A DNA stretch of 51,597 bases, counting the filler, from Catajapyx aquilonaris (lineage: Eukaryota), in assembly GCA_000934665.2 (NCBI GenBank). It is 3 parts of 3 records of this genome, joined end to end, with 100 filler letters (N's around TTAATTAATTAA, not from the genome) between each part and the next. Parts side by side here need not be neighbours in the genome. Positions count along the whole stretch, not along the records: positions 1 to 17,136 come from JYFJ02007022.1; positions 17,237 to 34,367 come from JYFJ02007023.1; 1 more part is not named here. The stretch is one strand, 5' to 3'. Under the pieces are notes generated by a model. The model did no database searches, was not told where the DNA came from, and saw only the letters and a program-made list of their open reading frames with translations. The position numbers and the translations under genes are program-made. Positions 14,201-23,986 of this stretch are shown piece after piece; position 1 is the first letter of the stretch, and each line of letters begins with the position of its first letter.

Positions 14201-15256
14201 AACCACCGGCACAGATGTGAATAGATAAAGAGCGTGACAAATTTTTTGAAGATAAATACATTGGCCGAGAAATGACAAAAGCTTGAACTTGTTTCGTAGA
14301 AGATACGAGAGTGTCTTAGGTTAATTTCGTAGTTGTGTGAAGTTACTTTGTGACAGCATTGGGTAAACAATACGTCATATTTAGTAGCAAACTTGCCGTT
14401 ACAAATCAAACGAGTAATAATAAATATCAAAAACAGGTCTATTTATTTAAATTCTGGTCGATCATACATTCCACTAACGCCAGAAACAAACTGCACATAT
14501 TGCACCGACGACGCACCCTTTGATCTTTATCACATAATGTATGACTGTCCAATCTTTTCAACTCCGCGAGCAATTTTTTTACATTCTTTTCCGCCAGCAC
14601 CAAACTTAAACACGGTCGCAATGACAAATAATATTGATGGACACAACTTCTACAACCTCCAAAATTTTCTGAGGCATGTGAGCAGGTGCTTGGTTTCAGC
14701 ATAACGTCTTCAGCGATTTTGTCAACCTCATACATATTTCCCAAATGATCAAATATGTTAAGATGTTTCCCCCTTTAGATATAAAGTTGTAATTATGTAT
14801 TACGCCAAAAACCAAACTAGTAATAATGTTAGAAATTATATTTACAATATAACCAGTCGTCTCCCCCCAAAGGTTTTTTAAACCCACCGGGGTACAATAA
14901 ATAAAAAAAATAAAAAAATAAAAACTTTGTGACAGCATCAGCTTACCAGGATCAAGAAGTTATAGTCCATGGATATCGTTTCAAGTTGTAACCTATAACT
15001 TACTTGACTTCACAGACAAGTTGCTCTGTAACAGTCTCCTGTAGGAGAAAGTTAGCAGTTACAAAGGGCCATTTCACTCAATGCCATACAAGTCAGAGCC
15101 TATGGTTGCTCACATGCTAATACATGTCTCTTGACAGGCGTAATCGAGCCTGGCGAAGAGTGTGACTGTGGTACTGAACACGTAATCTTCGACTGCGGTC
15201 CACACAACTACACTTGTCATCCTGCTATGCACAAGGACCAGTGCAGAATCATGTAA
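5281..15256 (+). CDS. ADAM17/TACE-like (ADAM10/17 family) protein with degenerate zinc-binding site; 7 exons identified, 3' end uncertain
   Basis: Phase-consistent exons: 5281-5448, 9321-9898, 10369-10573, 10934-11102, 13141-13359, 13647-13808, 15138-15252 (GTAAGT donor; read-through gives ATG TAA at 15256, 539 aa). Signal peptide; prodomain (RKRR, HGYIEQDRSNSSVTG, FYGEILTHGRIYMVE); furin-like RRRGR; CRLLIIGDHHFFENM (cf. ADAM17 CKLLVVADHRFYRYM); GGLC; Met-turn YFLMH; LSSCSKLQI; disintegrin start CGNGVIEPGEECDCG. Confidence 0.85.
6351..7068. mobile_element. Tc1/mariner-derived fold-back MITE, copy 1 (ends eroded)
   Basis: About 150-bp imperfect inverted repeats (6351-6495 vs ~6920-7068). Both arms encode decayed transposase C-termini (minus: ..LHHLREKIAMVTPDMM..ETNGAHIETN; plus: IKNNVCGVKTNHLQHLRVRIAAISPDTI). 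Homologous to 12206-12914 in the opposite orientation. Confidence 0.75.
7227..7502. repeat. Microsatellite cluster: (TTTTTG)n ~7227-7280, (CAT)n ~7430-7455, (TAG)n ~7481-7502
   Basis: Directly visible short tandem repeats in ADAM-like intron 1. Confidence 0.85.
8408..8588. mobile_element. 181-bp palindromic MITE with GGCCC termini flanked by TTAA (Kolobok- or Harbinger-type)
   Basis: TTAA|GGCCCATACACACAGGC ... GCCTGTGTGTATGGGCC|TTAA, with an inner inverted pair GGTTTTTGGTCGCGTTGACACCGCG / CGCGGTGTCAACGCGACCAAAAACC. Confidence 0.85.
12206..12914. mobile_element. Tc1/mariner-derived fold-back MITE, copy 2, complete with TA target duplication
   Basis: TA|CAGGGTCAT ... ATGACCCTG|TA; long imperfect TIRs; internal decayed transposase RSPDLTPM...VTPAVPDWVRQDIDY...AIHIETN (cf. 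mariner-type WPPRSPDLTP motif). Confidence 0.85.
14360..14923 (+). mobile_element. 5'-truncated non-LTR retrotransposon (LINE) 3' end
   Basis: ORF 14393-14704 has a C-terminal CCHC knuckle (CTYC..FDLYHIMYDCPIF) typical of LINE ORF2; A-rich tail; 15-bp target-site duplication ACTTTGTGACAGCAT at 14345-14359 and 14924-14938. Confidence 0.85.
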
Positions 15257-15259
15257 GTA

Positions 15260-15675
15260 GTTCCAGATCTCGCAGTCAATAATTCGCTTAGTCACATAGC
15301 TCACCACCCTCGTACAACTGCTCACAGTCAACAATTGTCAACAATGGCCTCGAAATGGCGTCAGGAAAAGGTTTTTTTTTTTTCATGGATCTGGGTTTGG
15401 TTGCTTCCACACATGCTGTACATCCCCGGATTGGCTCCTGATTCGGATCCATTAGAAAACCTGTTTGCCGACGCCATTTCGAGGACAATGTTGAACGGAA
15501 ACCAGTTGTCCGGGGGTGCGTGCATCACACCACCAGTAAGTGAGCTCACACAAACACGGAGAGAACCCATCAAAACTGTAGCCACATAAGCATCCTCTTT
15601 CTGACCCGGGGATCGACCTTGGGACCTCAGAGGAGGAAGGCTGTGGCGATAACCACTAAACCTACATGCCGCCTT
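15260..15675 (-). mobile_element. tRNA-derived SINE, related to 32301-32508
   Basis: The minus strand from ~15675 reads GTAGGTTTAGTGGTTATCGCCACAGCCTTCC..GGTCGATCCCCGGGTC..CTTATGTGG..GATGGGTTCTCTCCGTG, matching the head of the 32301 element (A/B boxes). The 3' boundary is approximate. Confidence 0.65.
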
Positions 15676-15789
15676 CAATCTAAATAATGAAACTTATCTT
15701 AGAATTGAAAGGCTCTATAGAAGAAGGGAGTAACTAGATGGGAGTTCCCATCTAGTTAACCCCTTCTTACACGGAGCTGTTCAATTATT

Positions 15790-16810
15790 ATTAGTTGGTC
15801 TTCTGGAAAAGTTTGCTCACTTAAATTCTTTGTTTGCAAGACAAACTGGCAAACTTCGGGCTTTCATTTGAAACGTTTTTTCAGGTGATGCACGGATAAT
15901 TCACAGCACTGAAAATCAGAACCGGAATAATTGGCACTTATTTCCTATCTGTCCTCATCCTTCTTCCACCTCCAATCACGTGGCATGGAAGCTGTGGTGT
16001 TGAGAGCATCATTATTTGTGCCCAGGCTGGTAATTGCTGGGCCCAAAAAAGCTCATTAGTATACTGAATGAGTGCATCTTGCATGGGAGGTATAGTGTCG
16101 ATATTGTTCTACCATTCTGACTAAATAGGTGTTTTCTTGCTTCATTAAGATACTATTTGTCGATGCTAGTACGATCATAGAGCATAACTACAGTTCTCTC
16201 CAGTGGGTTCATCTTTTCTTCTACAGTCTGCTTTCTAGGCCTGTGAGCTAATCTATACAAAAATAAAAAACGGCAACATCATCATATGCATTCCAGGTGG
16301 CCCATGTAGTCCTTTTGCATGCTTTTTTCTCCATCAAAGGACACATTCTATCACCTTGTTATTGCGTGAAACATTGATAAGGCATTGCAACCATCAGGAT
16401 CCAAAGTGTTATGACCATACTAATGACTGTACGAATTTATAATGTTAATGAGGCAAGAAAATGCAGAATTAGTCAGAAAGGTGGAGCAATTGCCCATTGA
16501 CCTTCCAGTTTTTTTTGGCCCAGCAGTAACCATCAGCCTGATGGTATAACTACGAGGCTGGTTACTGCTGGGTCCGAATAATGAGGGTCTCAACACGACA
16601 GCTTCCATCACCACATGATTGTAAGTGGAAGAAAGATGAAGATGGATATAAAATCCACTGTAGTCCAAATTATCTCGGTGCGAATAATCCGTGCATCGCC
16701 AGAAAAAAAAAAAATTGAAGTCCGAAAGAATGTCAATGTGCATTACAAACAAAGAATAAGAAGTTAAGATAATTTTTTCCGAAGACAAACTAATAATTAA
16801 TATATGGTAA
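15790..16810. mobile_element. Old ~1-kb fold-back element (degenerate long inverted repeats)
   Basis: Colinear inverted blocks: GATGCACGGATAATTC (15887) / GAATAATCCGTGCATC (16682); ATGGAAGCTGTGGTGTTGAGA / TCTCAACACGACAGCTTCCAT; TTCTGACTAA..TTTTCTTGCTTCATTAA / TTAATGAGGCAAGAAAA..TTAGTCAGAA. Confidence 0.6.
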
Positions 16811-17042
16811 GTTTTATTATTTATATTTAAACCTTATTTAAAGCAGCGTACAGTTTGTACCGTAGTTAATAGAAACCTGTGAATAGCTCATTTTCCGGTA
16901 TATAAGACGTTATTCCTGTGGACAGTCAAGTGTTGTCATAATCAGATACAGTAGCCTATAATAATTGATTAGGAACATCTTGTGACAAAAAAGAGTTGGA
17001 CTTGTAGAAATAAGCCTCATTTGTGCTTCTTACATGTGTATA

Positions 17043-17136
17043 CAGGGTGTAAATGAATTCGATCGACAAACTTGTAGGGGTAATAGAGGGGACCAAGACA
17101 AGTATTTTTGACATAGGAACCCGTGTCCGGAAACGC
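17043..17136 (+). mobile_element. Start of a Tc1/mariner-type element cut off by the gap
   Basis: TA|CAGGGTG terminus immediately upstream of the N gap. Confidence 0.45.
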
Positions 17137-17236
17137 NNNNNNNNNNNNNNNNNNNNNNNNNNNNNNNNNNNNNNNNNNNNTTAATTAATTAANNNNNNNN
17201 NNNNNNNNNNNNNNNNNNNNNNNNNNNNNNNNNNNN
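17137..17236. other. Assembly gap with artificial six-frame stop linker
   Basis: 100 bp: N44-TTAATTAATTAA-N44. Confidence 0.95.
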
Positions 17237-19633
17237 AATTCGAAAGTGGTTGGGCCAGTTTAACGGACATCGTGAAATGACAGTAGTGAAACAAAAAGGT
17301 TTGGAAGACATTTAGTGAAGCAAGTAAGCAGAGAAAGGATGGAAAGGGCGTTCATCTGAAGGGGATGACATCAATTATTATTGAAGTTCACGAAAAATGT
17401 CGAAGCAGTACATGAATGAAAAATTAATTGCTGCCTATGCGAAGAGGGCTCACCAGGGTGGTCAGACGCAACCATTACCCTCGTCGGTACCTACCTTTTC
17501 TTTCAAAACGAATTGTTTTTTGTGTGGATTGGTGATAACACCACAGTTTATATAGGAACAAAAACGACTTCCTGCATCGAAACGCAACCTTGTGTATAGT
17601 GTTTGGCAGTTAAAAGTGAGAGAAAAGGTTGTACAACTCGCTGAAAGACGTAATGATGAGTATGGACGAGCCATACTTGTACGTGTTGGCCCAGTGTATG
17701 AAAAAAAATGTACTGTCGCCCACAGGCTGAAGGGAAAAAAAGCACGTGGTCCGTTTGGCAATGACATCGAGAAAGCACTGCAAAATATGTTCACTTTTCT
17801 CGAAAATAGAAGGGTCGCCCTGAATAATGTTGTAAGTGACATTGGTGAAAATGATCACTCACAACGTGATTCTGGGCGACCCTTCATATTATTTATTCAA
17901 CCAGAGACATCTTTCGAGCCTTCAATAATTGAAGTGATCATTTTCACCAATGTCACTTACATTATTCGGGGCGACCCTTCAATAATGATGAAGAATCCCA
18001 ATTTACTCTGGACGAATAATTCATGAACCACATCGAAGGTGAATACCGCGTCCTGACATAAAGACTATGAAAGCTCAGTTTCTCAAGAAGTATGGAAGTG
18101 ATATATTATAATATCACCAACTGCGAACTAAAAACCTGTCCTGTGTTTCAAAAACACAGGCTACAAAATTATGACAGATGCCTGGTATCAGCAGAAATCG
18201 TTGTCTGAACAAGAGGAATGACGTCGCATTGTTGAGACAGCAGCTGCTATAATTGTTGAAGATATACGGTCCCAGGTTTACAACACAACACAATACCGTA
18301 CCCCCCACCAGATCGTTTTTTGGAAGGAAACGAGAATCTCATTCCCGACACTTTCGTGCTTTCACTGAGACAGTGCTATTGAAGAAAAAGCATGGCGACA
18401 TAGACAGGTGGAAAAAGAAGTCAGCATCATTAGTGCAGTGAGACCAAAATCATTTATTTCGCCTATGCAAGCTGGTTTGGCAGCATTTCTGTATAAAAAG
18501 TATGGCTGCCGAAAGTTACTTGATATGTTTTCAGCCTTGTGATTGGTATGTGGTTCATCAATTCGTCCAGAGCAGATTGACATTCTTCATCATTATTATC
18601 GAGAAAATTGAATATATTTTGCATTGCTTTCTCAATGTCATTGCCAAACGGACCACGTGCTTTTTTTTCTTCAGCCTGTGGGCGACAGTACATTTCTTTC
18701 ATACACTGGGCCAACACGTACAAGTATGGCTCGTCCATACTCATCATTACGTCTTTCAGCGAGTTGTACAACCTTTTCTCTCACTTTTAACTGCCTAACA
18801 CAAGGTTGCGTTTCGATGCAGGAAGTCGTTTTTGTTCCTATATAAACTGTGGTGTTATCACCAATCCACACAAAAAACAATTCGTTTTGAAAGAAAGGGT
18901 AGGTACCGACGAGGGTAAATGTTGCGTCTGACCACCCTGGTGAGCCCTCTTCGCATAGGCAGCAATTAATTTTTCATTAATGTACTGCTTTCGACATTTT
19001 TCGTGAGCTTCAATAATAATTGATGTCTTCCCCTTCAGATGAACGCCCTTTCCATCCTTCCTCTGCTTACTTGCTTCACTAAATGTCTTCCAAACCTTTT
19101 TGTTTCACTAGTGTCACTTCACGTCCACCTTCCAACGTAGGCCTACTGTCACAAATAAAACATACCCGAAGAGACATTATAAGCCGAACTGAACTGAATG
19201 ACTCGCCCCTACAGAGTGACAAGGTTGAGAGGAATGGATGGAAAAGAGGGAAAATGAGGATAGCGTCGATTGTCCCCTCAAGGCGCCATCTTGGGATTGG
19301 ACGCTACTATTTCAATGAGTGCTTGCGCCTTAACTATTCGTCTGACAGAAAAAAACATACAGAGGTAAATTGTAGGAAGTTACGTCTAGTGTATATTTGT
19401 ATACAATGATTTGTCTCGAAAAGTGCATAGTTTTTACGTTATGGGCAAAACCAAAACAAAAGTCCCATTTTTTTTGTTGTTTTTTGCATTTTTCAGATAT
19501 TTCCCGAAATTTTTCGAAGTGGCAAAGTGGAAATTCGTAATCAGCACCTCGAAAAACATACTGGACCCAAAAATCAGAACTTCTCCAAAACTTTCCAGGT
19601 AGAACCCATTTCGAGCACTGAATGACTGGACTA
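17237..19633. mobile_element. Rearranged DNA-transposon relic (Academ-like) with a large inverted duplication
   Basis: ~17271-17808 is near-identical to the reverse complement of ~18594-19123. Decayed protein fragments: FKTNCFLCG, KVVQLAERRNDEYGRAILVRVGPV, RRIVETAAAIIVEDIRSQVY, VRPKSFISPMQAGLAAFLYKKYGCRKLLDMFS. Candidate terminus ..TGAATGACTGGACTA (TAGTCCAG on minus) at 19633. The superfamily call is from memory of motifs. Confidence 0.6.
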
Positions 19634-21848
19634 GTAGCCCAATTTTAAAGCGGGTGCATATATTTTGTTCTATAAAAACTACATTTATTAACATCAACGA
19701 TTGCGCTATAATTATTGTCTGGTTGATATGGTTTGCTGCCATCCCTAGAAAAAAAAGTACTGGTATACAGCATTATGGTTTATTTGTAGATGCGGCAGAG
19801 CTTTTTCATTCTTCCTTGGGATAGGGACAGGGGCAGCAGTATGGAAAACCCCTTAAATTCCAGCAATATTAATGCGGTATATTAAAAATATTGACTTATA
19901 ATGGAACCAAATTTACTATCAAAGCGGCATAAAAATAAAATTTTCCGCACTCTCCCAACTTTGCGGCCCTTAGTTGTGTTTAAAATGGTCAATTCATTAT
20001 AACATTTCGACTTGTGTATATCTGTCGAATGTCCGGGTTTTGCAATATTTACTAAACCCTCTTCCCACCTTTATCATCATTAGTTTACTACTGACACGGA
20101 GATGTCATTAATTCCACCTCCATAAATCATGCATGATTTTACACAAATGAGGTGGTCCGGTACCGACTTGCATTTTACGACGGTCTGAACACACCATCCA
20201 TGAAGAGGAAAAAAATTTTGGTCGCCCAGGCCGAAGCCTCCACCGGCAACCGGGGGGGGGGGNGGGGGGGGGGGGGGGGGGAGGGGGAGGACCACCTAAG
20301 ACCGACGAGGAATACAAACATCAGAACTTTCCATTACGGCCGACGACACGCCATCTTTTGACAACTATTGTTTCCAGATTTTGACAATTGACAAACCCGG
20401 CGCCACAGTGCTTATAATTATATAATCATACCATATGCTGCCAGACCACCATGCCCAATGCCAGACCACCACATTTTTAAACTTCCCCCTCCCCCCGACA
20501 GAGCAAAACGGGGCGGGTCCCTCTTGTAGCCCGCGGCGAAAAGGAGCATCTCGGTCGACTTGCTCTATCTTCGGATCCTCGGTTCTGATTTACCCGCTGT
20601 ATATTTGCCAATTTCTTTCTATTGAAAATGTGGTTTTGATTACCAGGGAGAGGTAAACAAAACCAGGATTTCAATATATTATACAGTACAATTACTCAGT
20701 ACGCCTAAACTCGGCCGCTACGGCAGCTGGCAGGGAACAGTCTCTAAACTCACTGCTGAGAAAGTCGCTTTGCCAGCTGCTGCCGCAGCGGAGGAAGCGG
20801 CGCGGCGTTCGGGGCTGTGACTAGTGGGCCTAGCTGTGACCTCTCCTGCGCGCCATCATGCGGGAATATGGGAAGTTGGCGGCTGGCGGGGTGATTGATT
20901 GCAGGAGTGTTTGAATCTTGGTTTGAATGGAAGGTGAATATTTGGAATATAGGAATGAACGGGGGGGTCCCCATGCCTTGTTAGGATCACCAGTGCTGGT
21001 GATCCAGTAGACCGAGTAAAGCCATTAGTGGGGTCGGAAGTCTCAATAATATTTCACTTCTGGCAGAGAAGATGCCATTTACGGTGCTGATACGTAAAGA
21101 GCCCCAGACCCCCAAGTTTTTAGGCTCTAATTAGCCCGTAATTAATTCATCAAAATGGCGGTCATCAGGAATAATATATTTCGGAATTCCGCTCTTATTT
21201 ATAGCTATTTATCATGTATGTCATGTTATTTTCACACAAGTTGGAGTTCAAGACTCCATCGAAATATTAAATAATTTTACAGGCCCATTTTATCATTATA
21301 ACATTAAATAAGGCCGCCAAAAGTCGGAAAATAAACTTTTCAGCTACATGGTCATGTTTGTCAACGCAATTTTTAATATGCAATATTGCTCCATAAGAGT
21401 TCAATTGGATGTGGGTTTCACATACATTTTTTTCAAAAAAATTGATGACTATGACCTGACACCTTTTTTCACTCACTGGCTTATCTGAAATGGAACCACC
21501 CACCTATCCTATACGTATCATTTCCTATTTACGAACACTAACAACGACTTTCTTGAGAATTCGCCAGGTTAGCGAATTCTACGGACTGGTCTCTAATCCC
21601 TCCATCTGTATAGAGGGCTGACACACTACCATTCCAATCCTGCCATTCTTTTAGTGTTGTCAGCGGGATAGGCTCTCAGAGATTGTCTCATCAAATTATT
21701 GACCTTTTACACTCCAAATTCTGTGTTTCTGGATGCCAGCCCCACCACCACCACCACCACAACCTGGTCGACATTTCCATTCCCATAATAAACATAAGTT
21801 TTTGATATCAACGATTCTAAATATTTCATTTATTATTAGCGTCTAATT

Positions 21849-21889
21849 TATTTATTATACCCCGGTGGGTTTAAAAAACCTTTGGGGGG
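21849..21889 (-). mobile_element. 41-bp extreme 5'-truncated copy of the LINE at 14360-14923
   Basis: The reverse complement CCCCCCAAAGGTTTTTTAAACCCACCGGGGTATAATAAATA matches 14863-14903 with one mismatch. Flanked by a 19-bp duplication TTATTATTAGCGTCTAATT (21830-21848, 21890-21908). Confidence 0.9.
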
Positions 21890-22157
21890 TTATTATTAGC
21901 GTCTAATTACCGGTACTATCGTGCCATGCAGAAGTAGGTTGTGAGCTAAAAAGACACGTTTTGCACAGTAGTTTGCGATTTATATTATTCGTCTAGTTTT
22001 GATTAGATTGTGCCACCTGCCCATGAATGGGGTAAGTATTGCTTAATGTTAGAGGAAGAATATGTCGACTGCCTCTTGCACACTTATTGTATGTCCACTT
22101 TTAAGCAAAAACGAGATATGTGCACCATGGGATGCCTGAGCACCGTGCCTACCAGCT

Positions 22158-23986
22158 GAGCAATTCCACGTAAAAGTAAACATCTGGGACAAAAATTGAA
22201 AATGACTTGTTGGCAATGTGTGATACGTCGTTGGAATCAGAAAGAACCCAAATTTCGGCTTCTGAAATATATTTTGACATGGAACCTGAACTGGTAAAAG
22301 AAATTGCACCTGAATGTGTTACATTGTGAATGCGAAGTTGTGCATGAAATCACATGAACTTTGACAGGCTTAAATGGGAACTTAAAATAAAAATAAATCC
22401 ACTTTTCTTTGCACGGGGCTCAAGTCGAGGATGAAATGACCGCGTTCCTTGGTGGAGAAGGACAGTCATTCGACATAAATGGTTGATCTTGGCATCAAAA
22501 GTGGACTCCGCGCGGTGTGTGGGGTGTAACGAAATAGATAAAAAAGTTTATGACAATGAGTGGGTTTTAGAGCAGTGGTGCTAGTTTTCAATATTCATTG
22601 ACGAGACACCGTGAGCAATGTCTCATGTGAATTGGAAGTCATAGAATGCCACCAATTTCTGGCAGCATTGATAAGGAAGTTGTTATGGGGTGTAACGTTA
22701 CACCCCTCACGTGGCACGGGTATGGGGTGCAACATATGCTCTATTCCCGTTTAAATGAAGTAGAGTCGTACATATTGGCACATTATGCTGAAAATTGTCT
22801 GATTATCTATACAGTAATACTATACAGGCCTACTGTACGCATGGGTGAGGGAATTCCCCACTCAACACCTTTTATCAATCACCATCCTCTTGCATGACAT
22901 GACACATCATTCCACCTTCCTCTTACCCACTCCACTATGCGCGCGCACACACACACACACCAATGTTATAATGTGCTATCCTTGTGAGGGTCTGGCAAAA
23001 ATAAAAATTTAAAACTAACCTAACCTAACCTAACCTAACCTACAAAAAACACACGATATTTTGGTGACCTATTTTTTCACAGTAAAAAGGAGGTCTGGTT
23101 TGATTTTCCGCCATCCTTGTGAGGACTGTACCTTATGAGGGCCTGAAAAAAGTCCTCGTAAGGTTTTCGGTCGTCACAAGGATAGGAAACAAGCGAAAAA
23201 AATCCTCACAAGGATAGCAATGTCTGATCACACCCACACACACCAACACACACTCAGTGAGTGTCCAATCCTAGAGCAGAAAAAACAGGATTAATCCTGC
23301 CCTATAGATTTAATCCTCAGTCCAATCCTAGAGCAGATGTAATTAGCAGCTCTGAGAGAGGTTCACAGAATTTACGGAGCAAGGTGAGATCTGAGACATG
23401 GCAAAAACCAAAGCGAAGTCAGGCGCCGAAAGATTGAGAGATTGGCGCATGACAAAGAGACTCGAAGATCCGAAAGTCTACAAGGCGAAGAAGAAGCGGG
23501 AGAGAGAGGCATGTTGAAGTGTACTCGTACGTGGTATTTTGTGCGGTTCTCAATTTCCAAATTCGCACGTTATGGGGTGTAACGTTTTTCATGTTTGGGG
23601 TGTAACGACTTCGGATGACTGTTACGTAATGGCCATTGGTCATAAGAGTAAAATATAGTCATAGAAAGTTAGCCCGAAGCCTATTTGACACGTCTGTGAA
23701 AATCACAGCTCATTTTACTCACACCAATCACAGGAATTGAAATGAACTCACAGGTCACTTTTCCTGCTGTACATTTCGCGTTATGGGGTGTAACGGAAGT
23801 TTACAGGGCTACAAAACCTTAAAAAAAAATTTATATTTCATTGAACCTTCACAACTCGACAGCTGCACTTGTCTACTAAATGCCCTGTGGAAGTGATGAC
23901 TTGAAACCCCCGTTTTCCCATTTAAATCTTGCGTCAAAGTTCAAAAATTGTGTGCGATGTGTGGGGTGTAACATATGGAATTGCTC
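22158..23986. mobile_element. Non-autonomous DNA transposon, Sola2-like (GAG termini, 4-bp TSD)
   Basis: AGCT|GAGCAATTCCA ... TGGAATTGCTC|AGCT; the internal motif GGGGTGTAAC recurs at least 6 times. Confidence 0.75.
22960..23230. mobile_element. Small nested element in a (CA)n tract with internal (CCTAA)5
   Basis: Inverted repeats TGCTATCCTTGTGAGG (22974) / CCTCACAAGGATAGCA (~23204); further CTTGTGAGG/CACAAGGATAG subrepeats; CA runs on both sides. Confidence 0.6.

Noticed and set aside
17181..17192. TTAATTAATTAA inside N runs (also 34412-34423)
   Set aside because: Identical and centred in both 100-bp gaps, with stops in all six frames: an artificial contig linker, not biology.
19791..19856. 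Candidate terminal exon for the ADAM-like gene (ICGRAFSFFLGIGTGAAVWKTP*); similar candidates near 21570-21800
   Set aside because: Phase-compatible but no ADAM similarity and separated from the gene by an assembly gap; unsupported.
20080..20317. Poly-proline ORFs
   Set aside because: Produced by the poly-G tract, which contains an N and has uncertain length; no supporting gene structure.
23015..23041. Telomere
   Set aside because: Only about five CCTAA units, internal to a repeat element.
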